Below are positions 39,101 through 50,698 of a stretch of DNA of 64,000 nt, one piece after another. Positions within the stretch are counted from its first letter, which is position 1; each line of letters starts with the position of its first letter. The notes beneath the pieces are model-generated. The model searched no databases, was not told the DNA's origin, and was given only the letters and a program-made list of their open reading frames with translations. This DNA comes from Vermamoeba vermiformis (lineage: Eukaryota). The position numbers were made by a program, and so were the translations under genes. The stretch spans positions 1 through 64,000 of the forward strand of contig JBEWZL010000308.1 of the NCBI GenBank assembly GCA_045837725.1, read 5' to 3'.

Positions 39101-42100
39101 ACACTTACGCGTTTCTTGGGAAACGAACTGAGACACGTGTCAACGAGAAGCGTGAACCTTCGTACGAGCACAGCAAGTTGGCGTTGCCGGGAGAAGTCAA
39201 TTGGAAGGCAGATTGATCGTTCAACAAAATGTTACGGCACACATCTAACGACTCGCTGGTGCTGTCCACGGACATCAAGTTGAACCATAACTGCGAGTCC
39301 ATCTTTCTCTTGGGGAGTTGATATCTTTGCAGCAACTGCGAAACGAACTTGCGTTGACTCTTGCGCTTGTTGACGTTGTCAAGATCGCTCTCGGGATTTG
39401 AGTAAACTTCAACGATTTCCTCTTCAGCAACCAACAATGAGCCGGACTTTTGCAAGGTTCGAGGGCCTAAGTTATCATTAGTAATTCGTTCTATTGTTCA
39501 ATATTTAGTCTTCATACTTTCGACAGCCAGGATTTCTTTAGTCTTGGCTGACTTAGCGTCCTTTCCGTAGGCCACAACGACGGATTTATCTGTAACAAGG
39601 ATTAGTTCCACTGCAATCAAACACAGCGAGATTACCGCCAGTAGATAATGAAATAGTTCGAGGAGATAGGCTACCATTTCCGTTGTCCGCTCCTTGCGCC
39701 GCACTTTCAGTACGACCTCTTGGCGAGTGGGCATTGAGCTCGATCTTCACTGGCTCCGGTGACTTTGATCCCTTCTTCTTCTCAGTCTTTCGCTTCTCTT
39801 TCTCGAGCTCCCTAAGAAAACGTTACACCTTGTCCAGCAGAAGGTCAATATAACTTTGTCTTACTTAATCTTTTGTTCCTTAGTCACAGGGACGTTGCTG
39901 TACTCATTCGGGAACTCAGGGAACTGCTTGAGAATGTCCTTGATCTCGACTTTAGGTACTCTAATCTGTTGAATAGGGAAGTCCTCATTGTCAGCTGTGC
40001 TCTGAGACAGCTCTTTAATGACGTATGTGAAGTGGCCATCAGTCACGGCAGGGGCGTACTTCAATGCAGACTCGTACATGATCGCTGCACGAATGTAGTA
40101 CTCGTCGGCATTGACTGAAGGCTTGGTCTTAGCCCAATCGACCAAAAGATTTCCAATTTGATAGAAGATCTTCTCGTCACTTCTGTGCATCAACACGACC
40201 TTGAACATTTGGAAGCAAGACATAAACAGTTGCTCTAATTCAGTGGGCACGATAGGCTTCTCCTTGGCATCCAAAATTCTTCGAATGCGTTTGTAAGTCT
40301 CCACGGAGTGAATGATCAACTTGTCGAGGTTCTTTTCGTCGAGTGAGATTGCTTTCTCAAACTTCTCCACGGCTTCGTTGAACAGCATTAATTGATCTTC
40401 GTACGAGCTCTTACGCTTGCCCAACTCGATCAAACAAATACCCCATTGGAAGTACGTTTCGTTGTTGTCCGGTTGCAAACTCGAGCAAGCGGAGTACTTG
40501 TCACGTGCGCTCTTCAAGTTCTCTTCAGCTTTTTGGTCGTTTCCTTTCATACCCTACAACATCTTAGTAACTATTCAAATTGCAAAGACTTGCAGGTCAG
40601 AACGTACCTGTGCTAAAAGGACTTGAGCCCACAAGAAGATAGTGTTGGCAGAGTTGGTGTTGGACGCAACGGCAAGCACGAACTTCTTGTTCAAGATCTC
40701 CCACAATCTGTCGGCTTGAGCACCAGTAGCGATGGCGAATTGGAAGGCCATCATCTTAGCCTCAGCTTCTTCGACGATGTTCAAATGTTTCACGGTCTGA
40801 AATCGTTAGTGCCAGACAAGCATTAATGCGTTCAAATACTTACTGCATTAATTTGAGCAATATCAGTGTCGAGAAGCTTGATGGAGTACGGGTGAAGCTT
40901 CAATTCGGCGAATGATTTCTTGGTCAACTCAATGCCGGTCATTTCTTGAATTCTGTTGAACAAGACCACGAAGTCGTCGTTCGACCAATCGTGCTTCAAG
41001 TTAAAGTCAGGATCCATTTCACGAATGGTCACGGATCCAGCAGCTGCCTTGAAAACACCCAATGCTCGAGGGAACTTGGATTGAATTTCCTTCTTGATAG
41101 TTTTCTTCCAGAACAAATCTGACTTCTTTTCTTGACCCAACAAAGTGTTCAAGTACTTCAAAATGATCTTCAAGTACGGATCTTCAGACGGGATCTTGAC
41201 TTGTCTCATCTTCTTTCGGAGAATTCGACGAAGACTGTTCTTGGCAACACGAGCAATCATCTGAAATCGAGTTAATACTGCATCACTTGGAGACTAAGCA
41301 AAAGACCTACCTCAATAAGGAGAACTTTACGAAGACCAGCAGTCGGCACGAGCGATCTTACACGACCCAAGTGACGAATATTGATCTGATTAAGTGATTA
41401 GAATTGCAGTCAAAGCAAGTATCAAAAGTAATACGTACACCTTCACGATGCATTTCTTCGATGATACCAATAGTCGAGTCACGGTACATCAACACGGGCA
41501 TTCTGCTGAGACGTTGAGAGAACTCAGGAATGACTTCAGACAACAAGAAACGAGTAGCGTCTTCGACTTCTTTATCGTCAATCTCTTTGTTGTGGCTGTA
41601 GAAGCTGGTGAAGGCGTCACTGTTCAAAGGAACTTTGTATCTTCGAACCAACTCAGGACGCAACATGAAGTAGTAAATACGACGGTCACCACGCTTCAAT
41701 CTATAACGAGTGTAAGTCTCTAATAACGGCCTTTGCATGCAACACTTACGGTTTGAGAGGAGCCTCGGGAGGGAACGTTCGAGCAAAGTCCAGCACGTAG
41801 TATTTGCCGTCAGTACCCTTGTGACCTTCAATATCTGAAGGACCAGTGATCACGACATCGCCGACTTGATGCTTCTTTAAGTTGAGCACCTCTCCGACAC
41901 GCTCCATCTTGGCGTTGAGCTCCGGAATATCAGCGTGAATGGTCTTGCCGGCATCAGCACTACCGTACTTGAGCGACTTGGCGTCGAGTGGCACGATGGA
42001 AATTGCAGTCAGACGATAACCACTGTGGTAAAGTTAGCATGCTATTGAGACTTTCTTGAAGACTAGTACATACCGATAATCAATAAGCGCCATCAAGGGG

Positions 42101-44124
42101 AAGTTGAGGTCATTAACGTTCGAATTGTAGTAGCTCACAAGACCTCTCAATTCGTGACCAGCAGCCTTGGCAGCATTACGATCACTTTGGTGCTTGCCTC
42201 CGTACATCCAATAGTCAAAGTTCAATTTGCTAAAAGAATGGTCAGCACGTGCCACGCAGATACTTCAAATTATACTTACACTTTCTCTCGCAAGTTGGTG
42301 TCGACAGCGAACTTGAACAAAATACCTTGCACGATGTATTTTTCACCACCAGCAATACCACCCATAGATTTGGGCTTGATGGTCTTTTGTTCATTCGACA
42401 AGTATCGCTCTGAAATGATGATACGGCCGTACGTCTGTGCTGCGTACACGAAATCGTGTGCCAAATTACTGAGCTTTCTATATTTGTCTAAACCTTCCTC
42501 CATGGCACGGATCTTTTGGAACTGGTTGTTCCAATAGTTAGGGTTCTTGGCTGTATATCACGATAAGATTAATCCTACTGAAGACCAATTACTTAATTTA
42601 GAGCTTACCAGGATCATCGGCTTCGTATTCTTCCGCATCACTCGTCTCTTCCTCACTGTTACTTGCGCTACGACACCAACGTTTAGTATATTATTATAAT
42701 TCTGCTTAAGAGCGTACCTGATCTCCTCCTCGTCAATAAATAATTGAACTGCGCTTGATTGATTTAAAGCCTCATTAGGGTCTGAAAAGATGGACGTAAG
42801 TACGCGTCACACGTGCCAAAAAACTTCGAGTCTTACCCTTAGTAGGTCCTTGTCCTGCACCAAACTGTGTCATGTAAGTTCCGCTTCTTACGGTGCCTAA
42901 TCCTTTATCGGCGGCTGTAGGCTTTGCCGAAGGATTAGCCTTGGTGAGATCTCCGTCACTGCCGTAGATCGACTCTTTTGGTGAGGTCGGTGTCTTTGGA
43001 GTTTTTGGGGTCTTCGAGCCATTAGCTGCAGAATCCACGACTTCACTATCAGAATGATCGTCGTCATTGCCGTAACCACCAGCACCTTTTACTTCTAAAA
43101 ATAGCAATTTGAGTTTTTGTGTGGTATAAAGAAAAATAATCAGAGAAATCACTTTAATGCATTAAATAACACTCCCTTATAATAAGTATGATGTTATAAC
43201 GAAATGTTTTGTAATTTTGTGATTTTTGAAAATTGTGCAACGGTTAACTAATTTCTTAACCTTAATAATCAAGTACTTTATAAAACACGCGTAATTCGAT
43301 AATTTGATTAATTTAACGTGATTAAACGTGTTCTTGATCCGCATCTTACCTTGACCGAGATAATTTACGTTTTGAACCAGCGTAATTTCAGCATTTTGCA
43401 AGTAATTCAAGTTCATTGCCGGCTTCTTAAAGCTCTCTTCTTCAGACGAAGATACGACGTCTGATTCCTCGGCATCGCCTTTAGTTTCACCCGGCATCAA
43501 GTAGTTCGGATTTGCGGGAGCAATATCTTCGCCGTCTAATGCTGCTTCAATATCTACATTTTGTAAATAATTCATTTGACCAGAAATAAGCGATTCGGGG
43601 CGCAGATCGGCTTGAGACAAATAATTTCCAGCTGCGACTACGCGCTCGCTGTCTGAACTGCTTTCATCAACCTCCTCGCTGCTGTCACTACTGCTATCAT
43701 CGTCTCCAGTTGCTTGTACTTCTTCTTGGGAAAGATAGCTGTTGATTGGACCCATGTATCCGGTGGCAGGTATGGATTTGATAGCGGATTTGGTATTTTG
43801 CTTTTGAATTTCCTGCCTTTTTTGATCCGCGACTTTATTAATCGCCTTCTCTAACTCGTCAACATCAGAGGAATCGCTATCACAAAAGCATACGTTAGTA
43901 GTTGGAATACCACAAGCAGGGCGTAAATAAATAGTAATTCAAATATAAATATTTTTATACATATTTGGCACGAGGGTGGAATATAAAATGCTTTTGGTTT
44001 AATTTTTAAAATGATTTTACGATCTGCATAACGGTCGCATCCTTTGGTACCTTTCACTGCTCGAAGAACTCTTCGATTTCGCAGATTTTTCGCTTTCTTC
44101 TACTTCGCCACGTGCGAGATACAT
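36106..44124 (-). CDS. Large Clu-domain protein with TPR-like repeats and C-terminal cysteine-containing LRRs
   Basis: Clu motifs HDFVYAAQTYGRIIISE, GGIAGGEKYIVQGILFKFAVD, AAKAAGHELRG, DIEGHKGTDGKYYVLDFARTFPPE and LRPELV. Helical repeats at about 39900-40790. AMN1/F-box-type LRRs (CPNLRHLILSNCPNISE) at about 36110-37900. ATG at 44124 splices in phase. Confidence 0.85.
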
Positions 44125-44521
44125 CACAGATCACTTATAGAACGAATAGAAGGTCTGTTATGATCGGTCTGTGGTCGACTTCTAAAAAATCAAAACTGGT
44201 TTAAAAATCTTAAAATATCTCAAACAAATCACCACGCATCAGTGAAGTACTTTACAACATTCATATTCGAAGCATTCATAACGAACAACACTGTGCATGA
44301 AGCGTATTGAGGATTGACGTTATGTAACGGTAACTATCTACATCTGACTAATGCCTGGCTTCTCGTGCGTCTATTTACCAACAATCGCTTATGTCCACGT
44401 GCTTTAGTCTATTCATACAGTTTATTCGATTGTCAAGCTTAGGCGTTCCTGTGCTGATTCAAATCTCGAAGTTTTACTTAAATCGCTTATTTACAATTAT
44501 ATACATTTTCTAATATGATAA

Positions 44522-47009
44522 TTATTCTTTCTTAAAATGCTCCTCGAGAACTTTTTGCAATATATTCGAGGCAACAGGCTTGGTAACAAAATCATCAAAT
44601 CCAGCCTGCAGAGCGATTGCTTTTTGTTCTATGATTGCATGGGCCGTCAAAGCAATTAACTTAGATTTTAGTCCCATTTTTCTAATTTTTTTTGCGGCTT
44701 CAATACCGTCTGGAAAGCGAATCTCGTTAGTCGACTGGATTTGGTGTTTCAAAACATGAGCTTACCTAAAATAGGCATTTCTAAATCAAGTAATATTACG
44801 GGGTACTTCACTGGATCGGCTTCTATCATATTAATAACTTCTTGGCCGTCATTTGCGATGTCCACGTGGTACCCCAATCTTTCGACCAGTTTTCTAATCA
44901 CTATTTGATTCACCTTATTATCTTCAGCTATTAAAATTAACGGCTTGTCCTTCGTGATCTCCTCATGCGGTTTGCTAATAATCACCTTCTTGCTATCAGA
45001 TTTCTGGATCGTGTGTCGCTGTGTTATTGGCGGGCTTGCGATGACTTTTGTAATGTTCACTCGCGGAGTTGAGCTGTCACCGGTGGTATTAGTCTTCATT
45101 GTCCATATTTCTTCATTATCTACGTTCTCTTTAGTGAAATACATCTTCTCGCCGCTCGATACATTTGTCACGGATCTGCATGGTGTCGTGTCATGTTCTC
45201 CATCTTGTTCGCTTGAATTACACGCTTGGTATGGAATGTAAAGATAGAATGTCGAGCCCTTGTTCTTGCCATGGCTACGGAGGGGTTAGTAACTCGAGGT
45301 ATAAAGCTATACGGTATAGCAAACTTGCCTCTTGACGTGAATAGATCCTTCCATCAAGTGGCACATCTTCTTGCAAATAGCTAAGCCTAGACCAGTACCG
45401 CCTTTTACGCCTTTAGTAGCGGCAAACTATAGACGAGATTAGTGTCATAATAAGGAAAAACCACGTGTCACCAGCGTTGTTTTCTACCTGCTCAAAGGAT
45501 TTGAATATGGATTTGAGTTCATCTGGTTCAAGGCCAATGCCTGTATCTGTAACGCTGAATTTGATGTACTTGTGCTGTTGAGAGTTATGCGCGTGCTCTT
45601 TCTTGCTTTGAAGGGAGGTGCCGTACTTTTTGATTCGTTCTGCGTCTTTGACTGACACGCGGATGGTCACGCTGCCACTGTTGGTGAATTTGATCGCGTT
45701 GGACAGTAAGTTAATAAGGATTTGCTGCAGTCTGAAAGCATCTGAATAGAAGTCGCAGATCTTGCCTCGGATGACCACTTTGAACGACAGTGCCTTTCTA
45801 TTCATTAAGGGCGATATTACTTCGAACGAGCGCGTCAAAAGTCCGCTCAAATTGACTGGTTCGCGCACGAGCTTCATTTTATCGGCCTCCATTTTTGAAA
45901 AATCTAGGATGTCGTTGATAGTCGCCTAATTTAAGAGTATATTAATCTCCGCGAAGATTCGAGTAATATTCCGCCATTGTAGGGTTAATTCATAAGAAAC
46001 ATTTCGTGTGCAGGCTTACCAGCAAGTGCTGCGAGCAAGTTTCGGCAATTTCTAGTAAGTGTTCGTAATCAACGTCGAGCCTTATAGATTTGAGCAAGTC
46101 AATGGCGCCAATAATTCCTGAAAGCGGCGTACGTAGTTCATGACTCATTCTGCAACAATAAAAATTATTAATAAGTTTGCCTAAATAGGAAAGAGACCAC
46201 AGTTTACTCCAATGACCGTTATAATAAGAATTTGTATTAAAATAACGTCGATTCGTTTGGTGCTTACCTGCATAAAAAGTCGGTTTTGAGTTGGCTTGCT
46301 TTGGCGAAGTAATCTTGAGTGTCAGAATTCTTCTTATAATATACAAACGCCATTAATGATACACCGACCGTTTGATATTGCGCATGGTACCATAGGTAAT
46401 CAAGCATCGGTTTCGGTAAGGTTCCGAAATCCAAAAAGTGCATCCCGTTTAGTTCCATTAAATAGAACGACGTAACTACGATATAGTTGAGCACGAAAAC
46501 TGTCATAATAGCATATCCATTTCCGAGGAGTAAAACAGCGCAGTAGAGAAAGCCGTCGGATCTTAGAAGAGAAATGAAAAATCCTCCGTGTCGGAACGTT
46601 GCCACGCACGATGCTATATATAATATGGCGTAAAGGAAGTAGCCTTAATGACATTATTAGCAAATACCAAACTAAAGGTTGTGCGGTGCTTACCCGAACT
46701 AGAGAGATCTAACCGCAACCAATACATTATTAAACCGGCGCACACTGTCATTATTAAAACTCCACTAACTTCTAAATAGTGTCCATAGCTCTCGAAGAAC
46801 GGTACTCGTAGCGCTATCATTACTAAATAAAGCGACATTATGTAAATGATCCGCAAGTACGCCAGGACCAGAGTTCGGTGCGTGTGTCTCGCTTTATCAT
46901 CGGTTCCAAACTCGTCTGTGCCATTTCGTTGATGAAATAAAGTTGTCAGTCGCGTTGCAATACGATCTTCATTCGTGCGGAGAAAAGTAAACGGATCGGT
47001 AAACTTCAT
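44522..47009 (-). CDS. Membrane-bound hybrid histidine kinase (TM - HisKA - HATPase - receiver)
   Basis: H-box MSHELRTPL, N-box QILINLLSNAIKFT, DTGIG, GTGLGL and receiver AEDNKVNQ...LLDLEMP...ALTA...TKP. Hydrophobic N-terminal helices. Confidence 0.93.
45275..45328 (-). other. GC-AG intron in the histidine kinase gene
   Basis: Donor AG|GCAAGT, branch TACTAAC and acceptor CCGTAG. Removal restores EGSIHVKS|HGKNKGSTF. Confidence 0.85.
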
Positions 47010-47587
47010 CTATCAAAAAAGATTTGATTAAGCGCCACTAAATTTATAAATAATGTCATCAATATTTTTAAATCAAATTTAAAGGAGTTTGAACGCAGCA
47101 AACAGAAATAGAAGTAATAAATTTAAATCGTGTTGCAATAAAATAAAATAGGTACTACGAGCGGAAAATACACTGCATGTAAGAAAATAAATAGTCTAGG
47201 CGTTTACAAGAGGATTCTCTGCATATTGATTAATTCTAAAAGCTAAATTTACCTCTAATCCAATTCGATTAATTCTTTACAAAAGCCAACGCGCTTAGTA
47301 CGCCATGAGGTAAGGATGAATAAATTGTGTGCTCCGATCTTCGGCAACCAAATAATGCCCAAAATTCTGATTCACCACAGAGAATAATTCCATTTAAGGC
47401 TAAAACACGTGTTCCTGTTGACGTTTACGTAAACGATGCTTTTGAGTTTCATCAGTAGTAAGGGATACGCTACGTTGTATAGGTTCGAGTTTTGCATAGC
47501 TCCTCTTTTAAGTGGAATTTTCGTTTCAAAAAGTATGACTCAACTCAGTTGTGATCTCTTCTGGTTATTTGATAATTGAATTCAACA

Positions 47588-50582
47588 ATGGAACAACACT
47601 ACGGCGATTTTGATATATTTCCTACAGAGCTCAAGTTCCTTATTTTTCGACGGCTGGATTCGTGCTCTTTAGGCAGGCTGTTGCAACTCAATAAGACTTT
47701 CTCAAAAGTCGTTGACGATTTAGGAATATGGAAATATATTTGTTTGTCTCAGTGGGAGCTATCACCTGAACGTAAGTGCTGGAGGATTCGCGCCACTTGA
47801 CACTCGACGAATCAAAATTATCTAAAGTATTCAATTAATTGAATATTGATCATAATTCTGCCACTTATATGGGCATGAACCTGTTCATATAGTTATTAAA
47901 AATATTAATTTGCTAGGGGCGAAACTGCTGACCCAGGATCTGTCCAGCAAGATCAATTGGAGGCGAGAGTATCGAATATTGGAAGAATATTCTAAGCGCG
48001 TATATAATAACCAGATTGTTATTCGCCCAGCGGATTCTGGCTTGGCGAAACAAATTGATGAAGATCCCAATTCGTTGCACTACTACGCCTTTACGGATGC
48101 TAACATGGGGGATGCTAAGGCTGTCATATCCTTAAATCCTTAATTTTGATCACAATTAATTTACTTGAATGGTGAACAGATCTTCCTTAACTGAACTCAC
48201 TCCGCCCAAGGAAAATACAAGTTGTATCCATTGCCGCAAGTTAATTTTTGTGTTGCTTACTATGAAGTGCACGTAGATAACCTTGGTCCAGATGAGCCGT
48301 AAGTAGTAATCGGATTGTTGAGCGCTCGTCCATAATTAGATCCTGCGTTAAGACTCGCTTTACTACAAATATCAAAATAGCATATAATGCTACCGTTCAT
48401 ATCTAACCGGCACTGTAGAATCGTTGGAATTGGTTTGGCCCTTGATAAGTACTTACGAGCTATGCCTGGTTGGGGCAAAGACTCGTACGGACTTCACTCG
48501 GACGATGGATGTTTCTTCAACCAACGACCCTTTGGCATTCAGTTCTGCGAGCCATGGCATCAAGGCGATACTTGTAAGTGACGTGCACTGTTGTTGGATT
48601 AATTTTAACACGTACCTTGTAGTTGGCCTTGGCATAAATTATGCCACCAAAGAACTGTTTGTCACTAAGAACGGAGCGTTGCTAGGTACTATGGGCTCCA
48701 AAGTTAGAAATTTGGTCCACTTGTACCCGACTGTCGGCATTAAACGACTTGACAACAAGTGTCGAGTCAACTTTGGTCAACGACCGTTCGAGTTTGACAT
48801 CGTGCATTACCTTCAAGAGCTCGATAAAGATGAGAAGATCAAATTGAAATGGCCTTTCAAGCTTTACAGTGAAATAAGTACGACTGATTTTTATTATAAT
48901 TATTGACTTTGACTAATGTTTCTGCGTCACAGTTCAAGAATTTGAAACTCAGTTGCTGGACAGTGACGATCCCGAAGAAGTTGAGCCCGAATTGATGGCT
49001 GCCAATAACTACTACGAAAAAACCGAGCCGGTAGTTGAAGAGGCCAAAGAGGACAATGATGAAGACAGCCGACTTGAGCGCGTTGTGGAGTGGCTGTTCA
49101 GCAGATTTGAAATCCTACAATCTGATAACACTCTAAGGTTGGTCTATCATAATATTATTGCATTTGCTCTAACGCGTCATCAGAGATGTCGAGGCAAATC
49201 GTCCCGAAATGAAGAAGATGCTGACGAACCTGATTGGCAATCTCGACTTTGTATGTACTATTTATAGAACGATATGAACTTATTCGGCTGAGCTGATATA
49301 TAATATTTCTAGCCTATCGATACCAATCAGCCCTTGACTCAGATCTTAGACTTAGTCAAAGATCGACTCTTTATTCTGTTGTGTAGCAACTATATTGACT
49401 ACCTTGTGAACAAGCGTAAAATCAGAAAAGCAGAAGAGCGCAAAAATCCCGATTTGGTAAGATAGAATGATAGGCTAATGCAACAGCCCGGTATTTACGC
49501 TCAATTCAACAGAAGAAAAACCGTACAATCTTCGAATTGGACAAAATTTACCGAGAAAATGCAGCTCTTGTGCTGTGTGACCAAGAATTCCCGGACGATC
49601 ATCCTTTTATTGCTGGTATTATTCGTGGATTTATTCCGCAAATTCCTGGAGCGCCGATACCGCATGTAATCACAATGCAAGAGCGAGTTGACTTGTGTCT
49701 CAGAATATCCTATCGTTTGTTTGCACCGTGAGTACCTTCCCTTAGTTATATGAGCACTATTAATCCTATTGTTGTATTAGTGACAGGATGATGAAAGCCA
49801 AGCAAGACCTTGCCAAGCGCCGCAAACTGTACCAAGAACAGCACAAAGGCCAAAGCTCGTTCACTGAAATCTACGGACCTACTCCATTCGTTACAGAGAA
49901 AAATGAACTCACGAGTGGCCAAGTGGACTCAGAGAGCGCCAAAAATGACGGAATGAGCGCTGTGTCTTATACGAAGGAAGACAACCTTGCTGCGCAGCGT
50001 TATGCGGCTGCAGCGTTTTTCGGATCGCCGCTCATGGCAGAGGGTCTGGCTAGCAACAGCCCTCAAATTTCTGGTCTATTGTTGTGGTGGTTCCTCGCAG
50101 AGGAAGAGCCATATGACCCTCGTGCCCCACTCGATGGTTTCCGAGAATCTTGCGTTGAGCAGATTAGAGATGAAGTTGACCTTTTGGAAGGCTCATTGGA
50201 ACAATATGAGAAAGTTTTGCGAGGCACCTACGGCACTTTATGTGATCACAAAGACTATCAAACAATTACTGTCATTACTGGCGTGTGGAATGAATTCGTG
50301 GAAAGAAGCCGAAAATCGCCTGGAAACGAGAACAAGCCTGCTGTGGAAGTCATCAAAGATGGCTTAATTGCTGTTTTGTCTGACGTGCCAAGGGCATTTG
50401 AGATGACCAAGAAGATGAAAGAAGAGAGAGAACGCGCAGAACAAGAGAATAAAGTTCAGACAAAGAAGCTAGAGTTGAAATCGCCGTGGAAGGCAGTGTT
50501 TGTAACTGCCGCATCCGTCGCAGTTTCAGTCGGATTGATTGCAGGTGCCTTTTTGTTCTTCCAAAAGAAATGGCGTAAATAA
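47588..50582 (+). CDS. F-box + SPRY domain protein with a C-terminal transmembrane tail anchor
   Basis: F-box FDIFPTELKFLIFRRLD...IWKYIC; SPRY VAYYEV, IGLA, MPGWGKDSYGLHSDDG, GDT|...GLGINY, FVTKNG, LYPTVG and VNFGQRPFEFD; C-terminus AVFVTAASVAVSVGLIAGAFLFFQKKWRK. Confidence 0.85.
48126..48200 (+). other. U12-type (minor spliceosome) AT-AC intron
   Basis: 5' ATATCCTT, branch site TTCCTTAAC ending 9 nt before the 3' end, terminal AC. Removal gives in-frame DAKAV|SAQGKYKLYPLPQVNFCVAYYEV. Confidence 0.93.
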
Positions 50583-50698
50583 GGGACCGACACGTTCAAG
50601 AATAAAGTTTGCGTTTGTTTTAGGAGTCACGTGTCACTCTTTGGTTCGCTTAACTATATTTTTTTTATTGTTCTACTTTTACGATACAAGCACTAGAA

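Noticed and set aside
37400-42540. Many antisense ORFs over the Clu gene
   Set aside because: They are shadow ORFs expected from the codon bias of the real minus-strand gene.
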